Of a DNA stretch of 64,000 bases, positions 9,399 to 19,499 are shown piece by piece (within the stretch, counting starts at the first letter, position 1; the number at the start of each line of letters is the position of its first letter). Both the position numbers and the translations under genes were made by a program. Origin of the DNA: a virus; the IMG/VR virus record IMGVR_UViG_3300050144_000109, positions 32,001 through 96,000 of that record; one strand, 5' to 3'. The notes under the pieces were generated by a model that did no database searches, had not been told where the DNA came from, and saw nothing but the letters and a program-made list of their open reading frames with translations.

Positions 9399-11045
9399 AT
9401 GCCGAAAATTACTCCTCCTTCGATTGATTTCGACTCCCTTCCCCAAGAGCTCAAGCAAACACTCATCGATATTTCAAATCGTGACAACTCGGCAGAAAGT
9501 GTCAACGCTCAAGTTGCTATTCCAGTAGCTCAAGAGCCTGAAGAGTTTGTGCTGGATGAGCTGCCTGAGCCTGCTAAGAAAGTCGAACAGGAAGTGTCTG
9601 TGCAGCCAGAGGCCCCAGCTGAAGTGGTAATTGAAGAGCCTGCAAAGCCAAAGCTCAACAACTATGTGGTTAAGTATGCATACTCAATCCCACTCAAGAA
9701 TGAGTTCCAGTACACCGATGTAGAAACTGCATTCATGCCTGCCATGACAGCAGCAGAGACCAAAGCCAAGATCGATGGTCTAGTTGAAGACGAGATCACC
9801 ACCGACAAGGCAGGTGCTGAATGGGCAGGTGTCGTCAATGCAGGCATCGAGTTCAATACGTATTCGGAAGGGCTGGTCAAAACGGTCATGGACCCGAATG
9901 CCAAGTTTGTCCAGAGCGTTACTTCGAGCATGGGTGAGTTGACGGCTGGTGCAGTCAAGCAGCGTGTGAAGGAAGGCGTCAAGCTCACTGGCGAGAAAGC
10001 ACGGATTCATATTCGTGACCGCTTGAAGCTGGGTGCCATCATCAACATTCCGCTTTGGCATTCTGGCTTCTGGATTCGCATCAAGGCCCCTGCAGACGGT
10101 GAACTTCTGGAACTCTACCGGGAAATCACTGCAGAGAAAGTCACGCTGGGTCGAGCCACCTATGGCCTGCTGTTCTCGAACAACACGTCCTACTCCTCGC
10201 GTGCACTTCTGGACTTCTGCTTGCAAAACAAGTATGATGCTTCCATCAATCTGCCAGAAGACCAAGATCTTCGTGACCACATCTCAACACTGGATCTCCC
10301 CATTCTTTTCTGGGGACTGGCATGCTCCATCTGGCCGAATGGTTTCCAGTACATGCGCTCGTGCATTTCAGATCCTGAGAAGTGCCAGCATGTGATCAAG
10401 GAGACGCTGAACCTATCCAAGCTTCTGTGGGTCAACAAGGAACAGCTGACCTCCAAGCAGATCATGCACATGACCAAGCGTGACCGCGGCAGCATGTCGA
10501 TGGAATCTGTCAAGAACTATCTGGACGAGTTTGCCAAGGGTCGTCCGTCTATTTCAAAGCTCTCAGAAGACGTGACTGTCACGCTGAAGGTCCCGAGTGC
10601 ACGGGAACACATCGAAGCAGGCTACCGTTGGATTTCTTCTATTGAGGAAAACTACGGCAAGGCGCTGACGTTGGATGAGAAGCGTCGAGACAACTACCTC
10701 ATCACCCAAGGCAAAGCCAGTGTCATGCGTCAGTACGCACACTTTGTCAATCAAGTCGATGTGGATGGCTCTCCCATTGATGACCAGGAAACCATTGAAG
10801 GGGTGTTGACTGACCTGACGTCTTCAGATGAGGTGCGCAATAAGTTCCTCGAAGCAGCAGCCAAGTACATTGACGACTCCTGCATTGCTCTGATTGCTAT
10901 CCCTACCTTTGACTGCCCAAGTTGCGGTGGGGAACAAAAGCCTATCAAGTCAGCACACCGGCACCCTGAGCTGATCCCGATTGATGTCAGCAACGTTTTT
11001 TTCTCCCTGGCCGTGCAGAGAATCAGGAAGATCGAAGCACGGTAA
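9399..11045 (+). CDS. Baseplate hub / tail assembly protein (phiKZ gp77-like)
   Basis: 548 aa with C-x6-C and CPSC zinc-type motifs, TLKVP and a terminal PIDVxxxFF pattern reminiscent of T4 gp26/gp51-like hub assembly proteins. Confidence 0.6.
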   Translation: MPKITPPSIDFDSLPQELKQTLIDISNRDNSAESVNAQVAIPVAQEPEEFVLDELPEPAKKVEQEVSVQPEAPAEVVIEEPAKPKLNNYVVKYAYSIPLKNEFQYTDVETAFMPAMTAAETKAKIDGLVEDEITTDKAGAEWAGVVNAGIEFNTYSEGLVKTVMDPNAKFVQSVTSSMGELTAGAVKQRVKEGVKLTGEKARIHIRDRLKLGAIINIPLWHSGFWIRIKAPADGELLELYREITAEKVTLGRATYGLLFSNNTSYSSRALLDFCLQNKYDASINLPEDQDLRDHISTLDLPILFWGLACSIWPNGFQYMRSCISDPEKCQHVIKETLNLSKLLWVNKEQLTSKQIMHMTKRDRGSMSMESVKNYLDEFAKGRPSISKLSEDVTVTLKVPSAREHIEAGYRWISSIEENYGKALTLDEKRRDNYLITQGKASVMRQYAHFVNQVDVDGSPIDDQETIEGVLTDLTSSDEVRNKFLEAAAKYIDDSCIALIAIPTFDCPSCGGEQKPIKSAHRHPELIPIDVSNVFFSLAVQRIRKIEAR

Positions 11046-11500
11046 TCCATGTTGCTGACCTTGATTTTGCAGTAGAAATTCCAGATGACTCGATTCTGGT
11101 CAGGGTGCTGAGGAACTCAACCAAGACAAACCCAACTGCATCCAAGATGATTCTTCAGCAAGCGTATGAGAATACGTTTGGGATACATGACTACGTCCGA
11201 CAAACGTACAATGAGGCAGCGATCACAGATCCAGGACTGAAAAGACCCCTGTCTTCTGTGGCGTTGCATCCAGCTGAGGATGTTTCTGCAGGATCTAGAA
11301 TCAGAGAACTCATCAAAGTCTTTGCAAAGCTCAAAGTCTACCAGCAGTACGGATTGTCTTTTACTGAATTGCTGGAACTTCCTTTAGAGTACGTGGATGA
11401 CATTCTCAAAGAGTGTTCCAAGCTTTACAAGGAAGAAGAGAAACGTGCACAAGTACTCTCTGAGACTTTGAATCAAGCCACTCAGCAAAAACAAGCGTGA
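11000..11500 (+). CDS. Downstream ORF, likely reached by -1 frameshift from the upstream gene
   Basis: -1 frame is open from 10985 to the stop at 11498-11500; first start codon is GTG 11105; slippery T TTT TTC at 10997-11003. Confidence 0.6.
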   Translation, partial: FLPGRAENQEDRSTVIHVADLDFAVEIPDDSILVRVLRNSTKTNPTASKMILQQAYENTFGIHDYVRQTYNEAAITDPGLKRPLSSVALHPAEDVSAGSRIRELIKVFAKLKVYQQYGLSFTELLELPLEYVDDILKECSKLYKEEEKRAQVLSETLNQATQQKQA

Positions 11501-11504
11501 ATAT

Positions 11505-11548
11505 TAAGAGCTCTACTTCACCCGTCAAAAGGTGAAGTAGAGCTCTTA
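11505..11548. terminator. Stem-loop between convergent genes
   Basis: taagagctctacttcacc...ggtgaagtagagctctta, 18-bp stem. Confidence 0.75.
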
Positions 11549-11560
11549 TGCTGCTAGAGT

Positions 11561-12499
11561 TTAAAAGTCACGAACAATCAAGTTGTCTTCATACCAATCC
11601 CGGTTCAAGGTGTTTCCAGCACCACTGGTCAAGCGGTACCAACCCTTGACAATGTACTTTACACCAGTCATGGCTGCAGGAGCACCCATCCAGTACTGAA
11701 TAGAAGGCAGCGTGTTGTGTACATAATCTCCAGCTCTCCAAACGCCAGCCGTGGGCATGCCACCACTCTTGTATTTCTTCAGATTGGTATCAATGAATGT
11801 AGCCAATGCATTGTCAACATACAGCTTGACAGCCCTGGGAGTCATGTAGCGACTAGGTGAGACTCCTTGTACGCTTTCTTGGTCTGTTGCAGTCTTGAAG
11901 TTGTCTAGATTACCGACACCAGCTTGCTCTTTGTTGGTGTAAAGACCATAGACTTTTGCAGGCGCTGCAGTAGAGTTTGCAATAGCAGTTGCAATCTCAT
12001 CCAGAGAACTTACCACATCAGACATGCCCACCATGTCCACCAGATCCCACGCATGGTCAATTGGTGGGAACAGCTTAGGTACATTGAATACTTGCTCCCA
12101 AGAAGCAGTTCTTGGATTCCTGAGGGTGTCTGAGAGGACAGTGTTGATGGCAGAGGTGTCTACAGTCCATTCTCCACCCAGCGTCTGGTAACGCAATGTC
12201 ACGGTACCAGTCAGAGTCAAATCCATCCAGCAAATGCCACCATAGATAGGCTTGCCGCATGCTCTCGTCGCGCCAATGAATTCAAAACCCAAGTAGTAAT
12301 CGATTCCTTCTACCAGTGTTCTGATTTGGTTGTTGGTACCTCTGAAAGAAATGGACAAGGTATTCCCAAAGAAAGGAGAAGCTTTGGGAACAATGAAGTA
12401 ATAGTTCTGGTTGTTAGAGCCAGTGAGCACCTGCTGCTCACCAGTGACCAAGTTAGCGCCTAAAAGACCAGTAGGGTCCAGTGCATAAGTCGTTGCCAT
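11561..12499 (-). CDS. Virion structural protein (baseplate/tail-fibre related)
   Basis: N-terminal YALDPTG...FIVPKASPFF; KEQAGVGNLDNF and RYMTP tail-fibre-like motifs. Confidence 0.65.
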   Translation of the reverse strand: MATTYALDPTGLLGANLVTGEQQVLTGSNNQNYYFIVPKASPFFGNTLSISFRGTNNQIRTLVEGIDYYLGFEFIGATRACGKPIYGGICWMDLTLTGTVTLRYQTLGGEWTVDTSAINTVLSDTLRNPRTASWEQVFNVPKLFPPIDHAWDLVDMVGMSDVVSSLDEIATAIANSTAAPAKVYGLYTNKEQAGVGNLDNFKTATDQESVQGVSPSRYMTPRAVKLYVDNALATFIDTNLKKYKSGGMPTAGVWRAGDYVHNTLPSIQYWMGAPAAMTGVKYIVKGWYRLTSGAGNTLNRDWYEDNLIVRDF

Positions 12500-12605
12500 A
12501 ACGGAATAGTCCTGTAAAGAAGAAGGGGGTGAAATCCTGTGAGCTCAGGCTAGGAAACACACCTGGCCTGATTAACATTCAAATCATTCTTGAGGCTTCC
12601 CCTAT

Positions 12606-13874
12606 ATGTATTCCGCAGTTGGCGCTATTGGTGTAAAGAAAGGTCTCAACAAACGTTGGGAGCAGATTCGTTTAACAGACTACAAAGTCTCAGAACTTTT
12701 TGATCAGTTCAGAAAAGTCATCCTCACATTGACCCTCAACCAGAGCACAGACAGACTCTATTGTGACCTTCAACAACTAGCTCCCAGATACGCTAGCTAC
12801 AGTCTTAGAGTCTCTGACATGCTGATTGAGTTAGGTTCTGAGTCACTCACATTGCTTGTCAATCCTCCAGTGATCTCTACCAGAACAGCCAAATTCAGAG
12901 ACGCGCATGCCAGCAGGTACACGGTTACGCCAGTGTCTCCTTTGTATGGAATCAATGCAGCAATAGAAAATAGAACAGCCGTGATGCTCACCAGAGAGAA
13001 TCCTGTTACAGATTACCGATACTTCAAAAAGCGATGCATGGTGTCGATCAATGGCTTTTACCACATGATCGACACAGACAACAAGTCTGGTGTTTTAGTC
13101 TATGACGCCATGACCTCTTTGAGAATCTCTAAGCAGAATCAAATTGGTCTGTATAGTTTCTCAGACGTGTGTGACATCGAGTACGTACCCATCGCGCCCA
13201 GTATGGTACATAAGCGCTTGACACCAGACATGGTAGCTGGTCTTAGAGCACCAGAGCCGTATGCTTCTAGTGGTTTCATCAAGCTCAACAAAGACCTTAC
13301 CAACAAAACAGTACTCCTTGTCTTAGGTGGATACTTGCATGTTCCAGAATCTCTACTTTATTCCCAAGTGGGTACTGATGAGTTTAAAATTGATTTCCTT
13401 AATTATCCACTATTTGATCGCATTTATGAAAGCATGAACTATATTGATTTGAGTTCACTAGGACTCACCAATGACATCAGAAACAAAACACAGTTCTCAA
13501 CTCAGCAATTACTCTCAGATGAGGTACTGCTGAAATACATGACGCTGAGCCAGTCTTTCTTTGTCATCTTAGATACGCCAGAAGTCTTTGTTAACCGACA
13601 GTACATCAAGAAGACTGGCATGCCGGGCATGTTCATTTCTTATAATCCACCAATGTATCCAATCGTGGTTGGTAATGGGAGAATGCCTGAGTACTGGTCA
13701 ACGCATGAAGACGGGCAATACTCTTTGACTGTGTATGACAATACAGTACGTCAGAAGACCTATAATCAAGCCAACGCAAAAGCTTTGAATTCTATTTCAG
13801 GATCAGATTTAAGTGTAGACCCTGAATTGATGAGCGGTGCTTATTTCTTAGAACTGGGATGCGATCTAAAATAA
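12606..13874 (+). CDS. Conserved phiKZ-like virion structural protein
   Basis: 422-aa beta-rich ORF (CMVSINGFYH, VLLVLGGYLH). Confidence 0.6.
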   Translation: MYSAVGAIGVKKGLNKRWEQIRLTDYKVSELFDQFRKVILTLTLNQSTDRLYCDLQQLAPRYASYSLRVSDMLIELGSESLTLLVNPPVISTRTAKFRDAHASRYTVTPVSPLYGINAAIENRTAVMLTRENPVTDYRYFKKRCMVSINGFYHMIDTDNKSGVLVYDAMTSLRISKQNQIGLYSFSDVCDIEYVPIAPSMVHKRLTPDMVAGLRAPEPYASSGFIKLNKDLTNKTVLLVLGGYLHVPESLLYSQVGTDEFKIDFLNYPLFDRIYESMNYIDLSSLGLTNDIRNKTQFSTQQLLSDEVLLKYMTLSQSFFVILDTPEVFVNRQYIKKTGMPGMFISYNPPMYPIVVGNGRMPEYWSTHEDGQYSLTVYDNTVRQKTYNQANAKALNSISGSDLSVDPELMSGAYFLELGCDLK

Positions 13875-13889
13875 AAAAAGAAACGTCAT

Positions 13890-13917
13890 AGGAGCAGGGG
13901 AGAAATCCCCTGCTCCT
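13890..13917. terminator. Stem-loop
   Basis: aggagcagggga...tcccctgctcct. Confidence 0.65.
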
Positions 13918-13929
13918 TCTGATGTCTAA

Positions 13930-14436
13930 TCAGCAATCTTCAAACACAAGCCCATTGCGTTCTGCAAGGTCGTTGCTGTACTTGTCGAAATCAATGATCT
14001 TATCGTCTTTATCAAACAACACCCATTCCCCATTGAGCGCGACATTGGCTCCATCTTTTTGTATGGTAACCCACACTCACATCATGACTTCTCCAGAGTC
14101 ACAGCGATAATACTCATGTGGGATGGGTGCACCACCGTGTAGCCCAGTGCCCGATATTCAACTTGACCACCTCGAACACCTGAGCTGCAGATCCCCAAGC
14201 GATCAGGATGTTCTTGAGTCTCGTCCCGAAGAAAGAATCCCAGACAGGATGCTCTGCCACCATTGGATCCAGCAGCTGCTTGATCACGAATCGATCGTAA
14301 CTGATCGGGGTCAGGTCCAGTGCTACTTGAATCTTCTTCTTTCGAGAAGAGCTTTACTCAGCTCTTCGAGAGACCCGTTCCTTTCAATCGCAATGATTGA
14401 TTCGTTGATATCTTTGAGTTTTTGATCCAGCGACAT
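13930..14436 (-). pseudogene. Fragmented reading frames downstream of an early promoter (possible pseudogene or several mini-ORFs)
   Basis: gaagga RBS and MSLDQKLKDINESI... stop after ~37 codons; protein-like text continues in other frames to ...GLVFEDC*. Confidence 0.4.
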
Positions 14437-14497
14437 GACGATTTCCTTCTTCAGATTTAACTTGGGCGAGAGTGTCTAATTGGTTGCACTCTCACAG

Positions 14498-14527
14498 TAG
14501 TAATATATAACTATAAATATTTGCAAT
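14498..14527 (-). promoter_or_regulatory. Putative early promoter
   Basis: Minus strand attgcaaatatttatagttaTATATTAC contains the phiKZ early consensus TATATTAC. Confidence 0.7.
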
Positions 14528-14793
14528 TAAACTCTGAACATTGCTGAGCCAGAGCCAATAATGGTCGCTCCACAAGCAGCCTTGCAGCCAGTTCGAATCA
14601 AACGCCTCCCTAAGTTTGAAGCAGTCCCTTCCCCAGACACAGGGGTGACACCGTGTCCTTTGATTGGACACGCATGCATGGCACCCTCTATGGCCAAGCG
14701 GCCACCCCCAGTACGCACCGAAGACGGTGTAGAAATGATTGTTCCACCATGGTCAGAACGATCCCCTAAAACAGCCAAACGTTTGTCCATCAC
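14527..14793 (-). CDS. PAAR-domain spike tip protein
   Basis: LGDRSDHGG...HACPIKGHG...GCKAACGA; follows the spike gene. Confidence 0.9.
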   Translation of the reverse strand: MMDKRLAVLGDRSDHGGTIISTPSSVRTGGGRLAIEGAMHACPIKGHGVTPVSGEGTASNLGRRLIRTGCKAACGATIIGSGSAMFRV

Positions 14794-14806
14794 TTTCTCC
14801 CAAGAA

Positions 14807-15751
14807 TCAAGAAATCACAGTCGCAGGAGAAGTCACAATGGCACTCGCACCACCTGCCATCAATACAGTCTCACCCACCATGCTGGCGTTGGATCCAGAC
14901 AACTGAAGGTTACTTGAACCAATCACGTTTGTGTTTGGCGAGGACATCTGCGCACTATCACTAGCTGCAATGTTGGAAGACATGGTAGTGACCGCAAAGG
15001 TATTCGTGGCTTTGATATTGCATGTGTTGCTAGCTTCTACGAGGAAATCTTTGGTTACAAACTTGGTCGTGTTCGGTATCGTCACGGTCAAGTTGTCTTG
15101 ACGCATGTCGTAGTGCGAGCCGTCAACATTGTATAACTCAATGCGCCTGTCCATAGAGTCCAGATGTATATAGTTACCAGTATCATCCGTGATCAGCAAC
15201 TTTCCATTCTTTGTATCGAGCTGAATGTCGTACCCGAACGGCTCACCGTCTGCTTTGCATGTGTGCAGTGTAATGTGTTTCTTGTGCGTGCTGACTTCAA
15301 GAAAATACTGCGTGTTTCCGTTGACAGGCTCATCCTCAGTACGTGATGCACTGAACGCATAGATCACAGTCTCTAAGCGCCTGAGTGACTGGCCGTCCAG
15401 CATCTCAGTCCAATAATACTTGTCAGCGTCTGCATACTGAAAGATCATGACCTTCTCGCCACGCCGAACATCTGGTGCAGTGATCCGGTTAGAAGCGCCA
15501 AATTGCAGCCACGTTGCCTGAATAGCCAGTGATGAGTTAGCAGAGGCTGTATAGGCTGCTCCAGAAGCATCAGTGCCTGTAACCGTATTGGTCTCTGGTG
15601 TTGCAGTGACCTCACCATCAATGAACGGAGTCTCCTCCGTAGGGGTCACTTGAATGAGCTTACTACCCAGAGTCTTGTTTTGAGCGACAATCCCCAACGA
15701 ATAGAAACGCAATTTACTCCAGGTGAGATCCGCATTGTCAGAAAGCAACAT
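14807..15751 (-). CDS. Baseplate central spike protein (phiKZ gp164-like)
   Basis: N-terminal domain with RITAPDVRRGEKV, repetitive beta-strand C-terminus, adjacent PAAR gene. Confidence 0.8.
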   Translation of the reverse strand: MLLSDNADLTWSKLRFYSLGIVAQNKTLGSKLIQVTPTEETPFIDGEVTATPETNTVTGTDASGAAYTASANSSLAIQATWLQFGASNRITAPDVRRGEKVMIFQYADADKYYWTEMLDGQSLRRLETVIYAFSASRTEDEPVNGNTQYFLEVSTHKKHITLHTCKADGEPFGYDIQLDTKNGKLLITDDTGNYIHLDSMDRRIELYNVDGSHYDMRQDNLTVTIPNTTKFVTKDFLVEASNTCNIKATNTFAVTTMSSNIAASDSAQMSSPNTNVIGSSNLQLSGSNASMVGETVLMAGGASAIVTSPATVIS

Positions 15752-15837
15752 GATTTCAATTCCTTTTATCGAAAGATTTATAAGACCAACACATCACTTG
15801 AAACAGTCTCTAACTGCAACAAATAAGAAGGTACAAC

Positions 15838-18312
15838 ATGAGAATAACGAAGATTGTCCTGGCTGGCTTTGAGCGATTCAAGACCAACGAAATCAAACAC
15901 TTTAGCCTAGAGATCAAGGAGCCTCTCCTGGTCATCCTGGGGTCTAATGGATCTGGAAAGACGAGTCTGCTCAGGCAACTGACGCCCTATCCTCCTCATC
16001 CATCCGAGTTTGAAAAGACAGGATCCAAAGAAATCTATATTACCCATAACAATAGCCAGTACGTTTTAAAATCTACATTCTCTTCAGGACAGAAGCACTT
16101 CTTCTCTGTAGACGGATTAGTCCTCAATGATTGGGGTACTGTCACAGTACAGAAAGAGCTGGTCTCAACGCACTTCAATGTGAATGCTTCTACCTTGGGT
16201 TTGACGCTTGGTGAAGAGCGTTTCAGCGCCATGAATACATCCAAAAGAAAAGAGTGGCTGGTGCACCTGTGTGAGACAGATTACCTCTACGCCATTCAGG
16301 TGTACAACAAACTCAGAGAAAAGCACAGAGACATCCAGGGTGCACTCAAGATTGCTCAGCGTAGACTCAATGCTGAAACACAAAAGCAACTGGGTACAGA
16401 AGAACAAGCCCTTCTACTGAACCAAGCCAACCTGCTCCACAACTGCCTGAATGATCTACTGGAAGAAAGAAAGCCAGTAGAGAGTGACACCCACACACTT
16501 GGCTTAGAGCAAGAAAAGCTATCCTCACAGATCCTCAGATTCAAGGACAAGCTCAATAAGTTAATGGAGGAAGTATCCAGATACCCTCGTTATACACAGC
16601 AGGGCATCTCCGATCTTTTGGCCAGAGTAGATACCAATACTTCTGCCTGTAGCGCTGTGCTTCAGACCTACTCCCAGCAGCACGCAACACTGGATGAGAA
16701 AGTCACAACACTTCAAAAAGCAGAAGAGCAGACCATCGATTCTCTTCAGCGGTCTATCTTCATGCTGAAGGGTACACAGTCCGCCAAACAAGCCAAGATG
16801 CTCTTCACGGAAGACGACTTCGACGCACAAACTGCACACGATGCCTTTACCAGTATCAAGTCCATTCTGATCGATATCTTTGCTGAGATTCCCTGTAATG
16901 TAGACAGGAAGTATTCCTCAGAGAAACTGAATGAAGCCAAGCAAACCCTACTCAAACTGCAGAACAACAGAAAACTCGTTGGTGCTGAACTTCAGTCTAC
17001 ACATGCAGCCAAGCTGCACATGGAGTCCCACCAATCAAAACCAAATGTGACTTGTGAAAAGTGCAACCACAGATTCAGTCTTCATTTTGATCAAGTCAAA
17101 CTAGACGGACTCAACACCCATTGCACCAATCTAAAGAATAGGCTAGAAGTCCTGGACGCTGAGACTGTTATACTGGAAGCCTATATCCAGCAGTGCAGCC
17201 AGTATGCAAACCTTTACCGACAGTACCACCAACTCACAACCTCTACAAAGACACTCTACCATTACTGGGACTACTTGAGTGCGAGAAGGGTTGTCACAGA
17301 CAAACCAGAGTCTGGAAACAATGCGCTCCTGGTCATTGATCGAGATCTGATACTGCAGATCAGTTACGCACAAGTACAAAAAGAAATCAAAGACAAAGAA
17401 GAACTCCTGCAGTCCATGAAGAAGGTAGGCTCCGGAGACCTCAAAGAACTCGTTACCCAGCGCTCTGAGCTAGAAAACCTGATCGGTATTCAAACCAACA
17501 GACTGGTCAGACTCGGCCAAAAGAAAGCAAAGTACACAATCCTGTCTAATCAGATCAAGCAGCTTGACAATGCAAACCAATACGTCAACAAGATCCTAGA
17601 GGAAAAAGACAAGCTTAATACCGAACAACAAGAAACCATTCGCAGACAGCACTTCAACCAAGCAGTCAAGGAACTGCAAAGTGCATTGGCATCCAAAGAA
17701 CACATCTTGAACCAGAACAAGATGCAGCAAGGTGTCATTAACCACATCCAATTGCAAATCTCAGAACTAGAAAAAGAAGAGAAAGCTTACACGCTGCTGG
17801 TCAAAGCACTTTCTGTGAGCGACGGTTTGATTGCAGAAGGACTCTTCGGATTCATCAATGAACTCATCACCAGAATGAACCACATTGTAGACCAAGTCTG
17901 GCAGTACCCAATGACCATCATGCCGTGCACACTGGACGGTGAGAATGTAGACTTAGACTACAAGTTCCCAGTCAAGATCTCTACCTCTGGCGCCATTAAA
18001 GACGTTGCTGACGGCTCTAAGGGCCAAGTAGACATGATGGACATGGCTTTCTTGATCACCGCCATGTCGTACATGGGGATGACAGACTCCGCATTGATTC
18101 TGGATGAGATGGGCTCCAGCTTCGATACAGAGCACAGAACCGCTTTGATCATCCTCATCAAGTCTCTGGTAGAGCAACAATCCTTCAATCAGATCTTCAT
18201 GGTCTCTCACGACTACCACCAGTGGTCAGCACTGAATGCACAAGTCATCAAGTTGGTCAACAGCACCGAGAAACTCCCTTCCAATTACAACGAACATGTA
18301 CAAATGCAGTAA
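15838..18312 (+). CDS. sbcC: SbcC/Rad50-like SMC ATPase
   Basis: Walker A GSNGSGKTS, coiled coils, zinc hook CEKC, signature GSKGQ, Walker B LILDE, H-loop VSH. Confidence 0.92.
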   Translation: MRITKIVLAGFERFKTNEIKHFSLEIKEPLLVILGSNGSGKTSLLRQLTPYPPHPSEFEKTGSKEIYITHNNSQYVLKSTFSSGQKHFFSVDGLVLNDWGTVTVQKELVSTHFNVNASTLGLTLGEERFSAMNTSKRKEWLVHLCETDYLYAIQVYNKLREKHRDIQGALKIAQRRLNAETQKQLGTEEQALLLNQANLLHNCLNDLLEERKPVESDTHTLGLEQEKLSSQILRFKDKLNKLMEEVSRYPRYTQQGISDLLARVDTNTSACSAVLQTYSQQHATLDEKVTTLQKAEEQTIDSLQRSIFMLKGTQSAKQAKMLFTEDDFDAQTAHDAFTSIKSILIDIFAEIPCNVDRKYSSEKLNEAKQTLLKLQNNRKLVGAELQSTHAAKLHMESHQSKPNVTCEKCNHRFSLHFDQVKLDGLNTHCTNLKNRLEVLDAETVILEAYIQQCSQYANLYRQYHQLTTSTKTLYHYWDYLSARRVVTDKPESGNNALLVIDRDLILQISYAQVQKEIKDKEELLQSMKKVGSGDLKELVTQRSELENLIGIQTNRLVRLGQKKAKYTILSNQIKQLDNANQYVNKILEEKDKLNTEQQETIRRQHFNQAVKELQSALASKEHILNQNKMQQGVINHIQLQISELEKEEKAYTLLVKALSVSDGLIAEGLFGFINELITRMNHIVDQVWQYPMTIMPCTLDGENVDLDYKFPVKISTSGAIKDVADGSKGQVDMMDMAFLITAMSYMGMTDSALILDEMGSSFDTEHRTALIILIKSLVEQQSFNQIFMVSHDYHQWSALNAQVIKLVNSTEKLPSNYNEHVQMQ

Positions 18313-18329
18313 AAAATAAAGAGCACAAG

Positions 18330-18368
18330 CACTACACCGCCCAAGGAATTAACCTGGGCGGTGTAGTG
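18330..18368. terminator. Stem-loop between convergent genes
   Basis: cactacaccgccca...tgggcggtgtagtg. Confidence 0.7.
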
Positions 18369-18379
18369 TTATATGCTGT

Positions 18380-18751
18380 CTATACATAACTGACGGTAAA
18401 ATCAGTATCGTCGACTCTTCTCCAGATCTCTTTGATCTGAACGTGAGCGTGTTCGTCATTGAACCTCTTAGCGGCTTGATATGTAGACTCCCCGCGCTTA
18501 ATTGAAAACCATCCAGGTTGATGTGCAGTGGACTCATCGACAAAGGGTATCCCAGCAAAGAGTTTGATCTCCTTCATGGGACACTGCTTTGAAACCAATG
18601 CACACACCTTGGTCTTCCTGGTCTCACTCGTGTAGACCAGGAAGACATCCTTTTTGGCATGTCCCTTAGAGGACATGACCATGAACTTCTTCGTGCGCAG
18701 TGCTTGTGCCACTGCGCGAGGCGAGTTCGCGGTTGATGCTATTGTGTTCAT
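18380..18751 (-). CDS. Hypothetical protein (accessory cassette)
   Basis: 123-aa ORF overlapping the upstream gene's stop (ATGA). Confidence 0.6.
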   Translation of the reverse strand: MNTIASTANSPRAVAQALRTKKFMVMSSKGHAKKDVFLVYTSETRKTKVCALVSKQCPMKEIKLFAGIPFVDESTAHQPGWFSIKRGESTYQAAKRFNDEHAHVQIKEIWRRVDDTDFTVSYV

Positions 18752-19017
18752 AGCATCGGGATACTAGTTCGCTCGAAACGAGCTTTGAATTTCTTGAGCA
18801 GGCGTTCAACGGGGATGTGCTCATTGAGCTCAGACCAGCGCTTGTAACGACCCTCACAGACTATCTTTTCCATGGGGGACTTCTGACTATGCGAAAAAGC
18901 GGTCATTCTTTCTGCAAAACGGGTTGGGCTTAAACTCAACCCTATTATGGTTACCTTACTGTTCTTCTCTCTGACCATGCTGATGTAAACTTGGCCAAGT
19001 GAATTGATTGCGGTCAT
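18748..19017 (-). CDS. Hypothetical protein, weak GIY-YIG/T5orf172-like N-terminus
   Basis: aaggag RBS; GQVYI...IIGLSLSP pattern. Confidence 0.55.
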   Translation of the reverse strand: MTAINSLGQVYISMVREKNSKVTIIGLSLSPTRFAERMTAFSHSQKSPMEKIVCEGRYKRWSELNEHIPVERLLKKFKARFERTSIPML

Positions 19018-19059
19018 GGTGAAACTCCTTGCCTTTATGGCATTGTGGTTGGGGAATGT

Positions 19060-19100
19060 CGACGACTGCTCTCCCGAAGAAGAGCAGAGAGTCGAGACTC
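19060..19100 (-). repeat. 41-bp hairpin element, copy 2
   Basis: Identical to 4831-4871. Confidence 0.9.
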
Positions 19101-19142
19101 TATATTAGATCAAATGCTCAGGAGACAGCATTGTGACTGTGT

Positions 19143-19418
19143 TTAACCTTCTTCAGCTAAGATCCATCGTTCTCCAGAAAGAATTCTCAATGCCTTTTCT
19201 TTTGCACGATCGATGTAAAAGTCGTCTTCGTACACAGCGTCTTCTTCAGACCCTTTTTTCGGGGTGCTGATCTTCCCATCTTCCCTGACAAGAATTCTTC
19301 CCCAAGGTCCGGAGAAAGAAATTCCCTCTATTAGACACCGTGTACCTTCCCGTATTTCCGTAGTTCGCTCGTAACTGTACTTGTTGGCGGACTCGACAGG
19401 TTGCTGGTTTGTTTTCAT
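19143..19418 (-). CDS. Hypothetical protein (accessory cassette)
   Basis: aaggag RBS before MKTNQQ; promoter motif upstream. Confidence 0.65.
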   Translation of the reverse strand: MKTNQQPVESANKYSYERTTEIREGTRCLIEGISFSGPWGRILVREDGKISTPKKGSEEDAVYEDDFYIDRAKEKALRILSGERWILAEEG

Positions 19419-19469
19419 GGTAATGCTCCTTGTGCTTTGCATAGTGGTTGAGAAATACTTCTTCTCTTT

Positions 19470-19499
19470 TACTATATGTGACTATAAACAACTGCATTC
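19470..19499 (-). promoter_or_regulatory. Putative early promoter
   Basis: Minus strand gaatgcagttgtttatagtcacatatagta. Confidence 0.62.
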
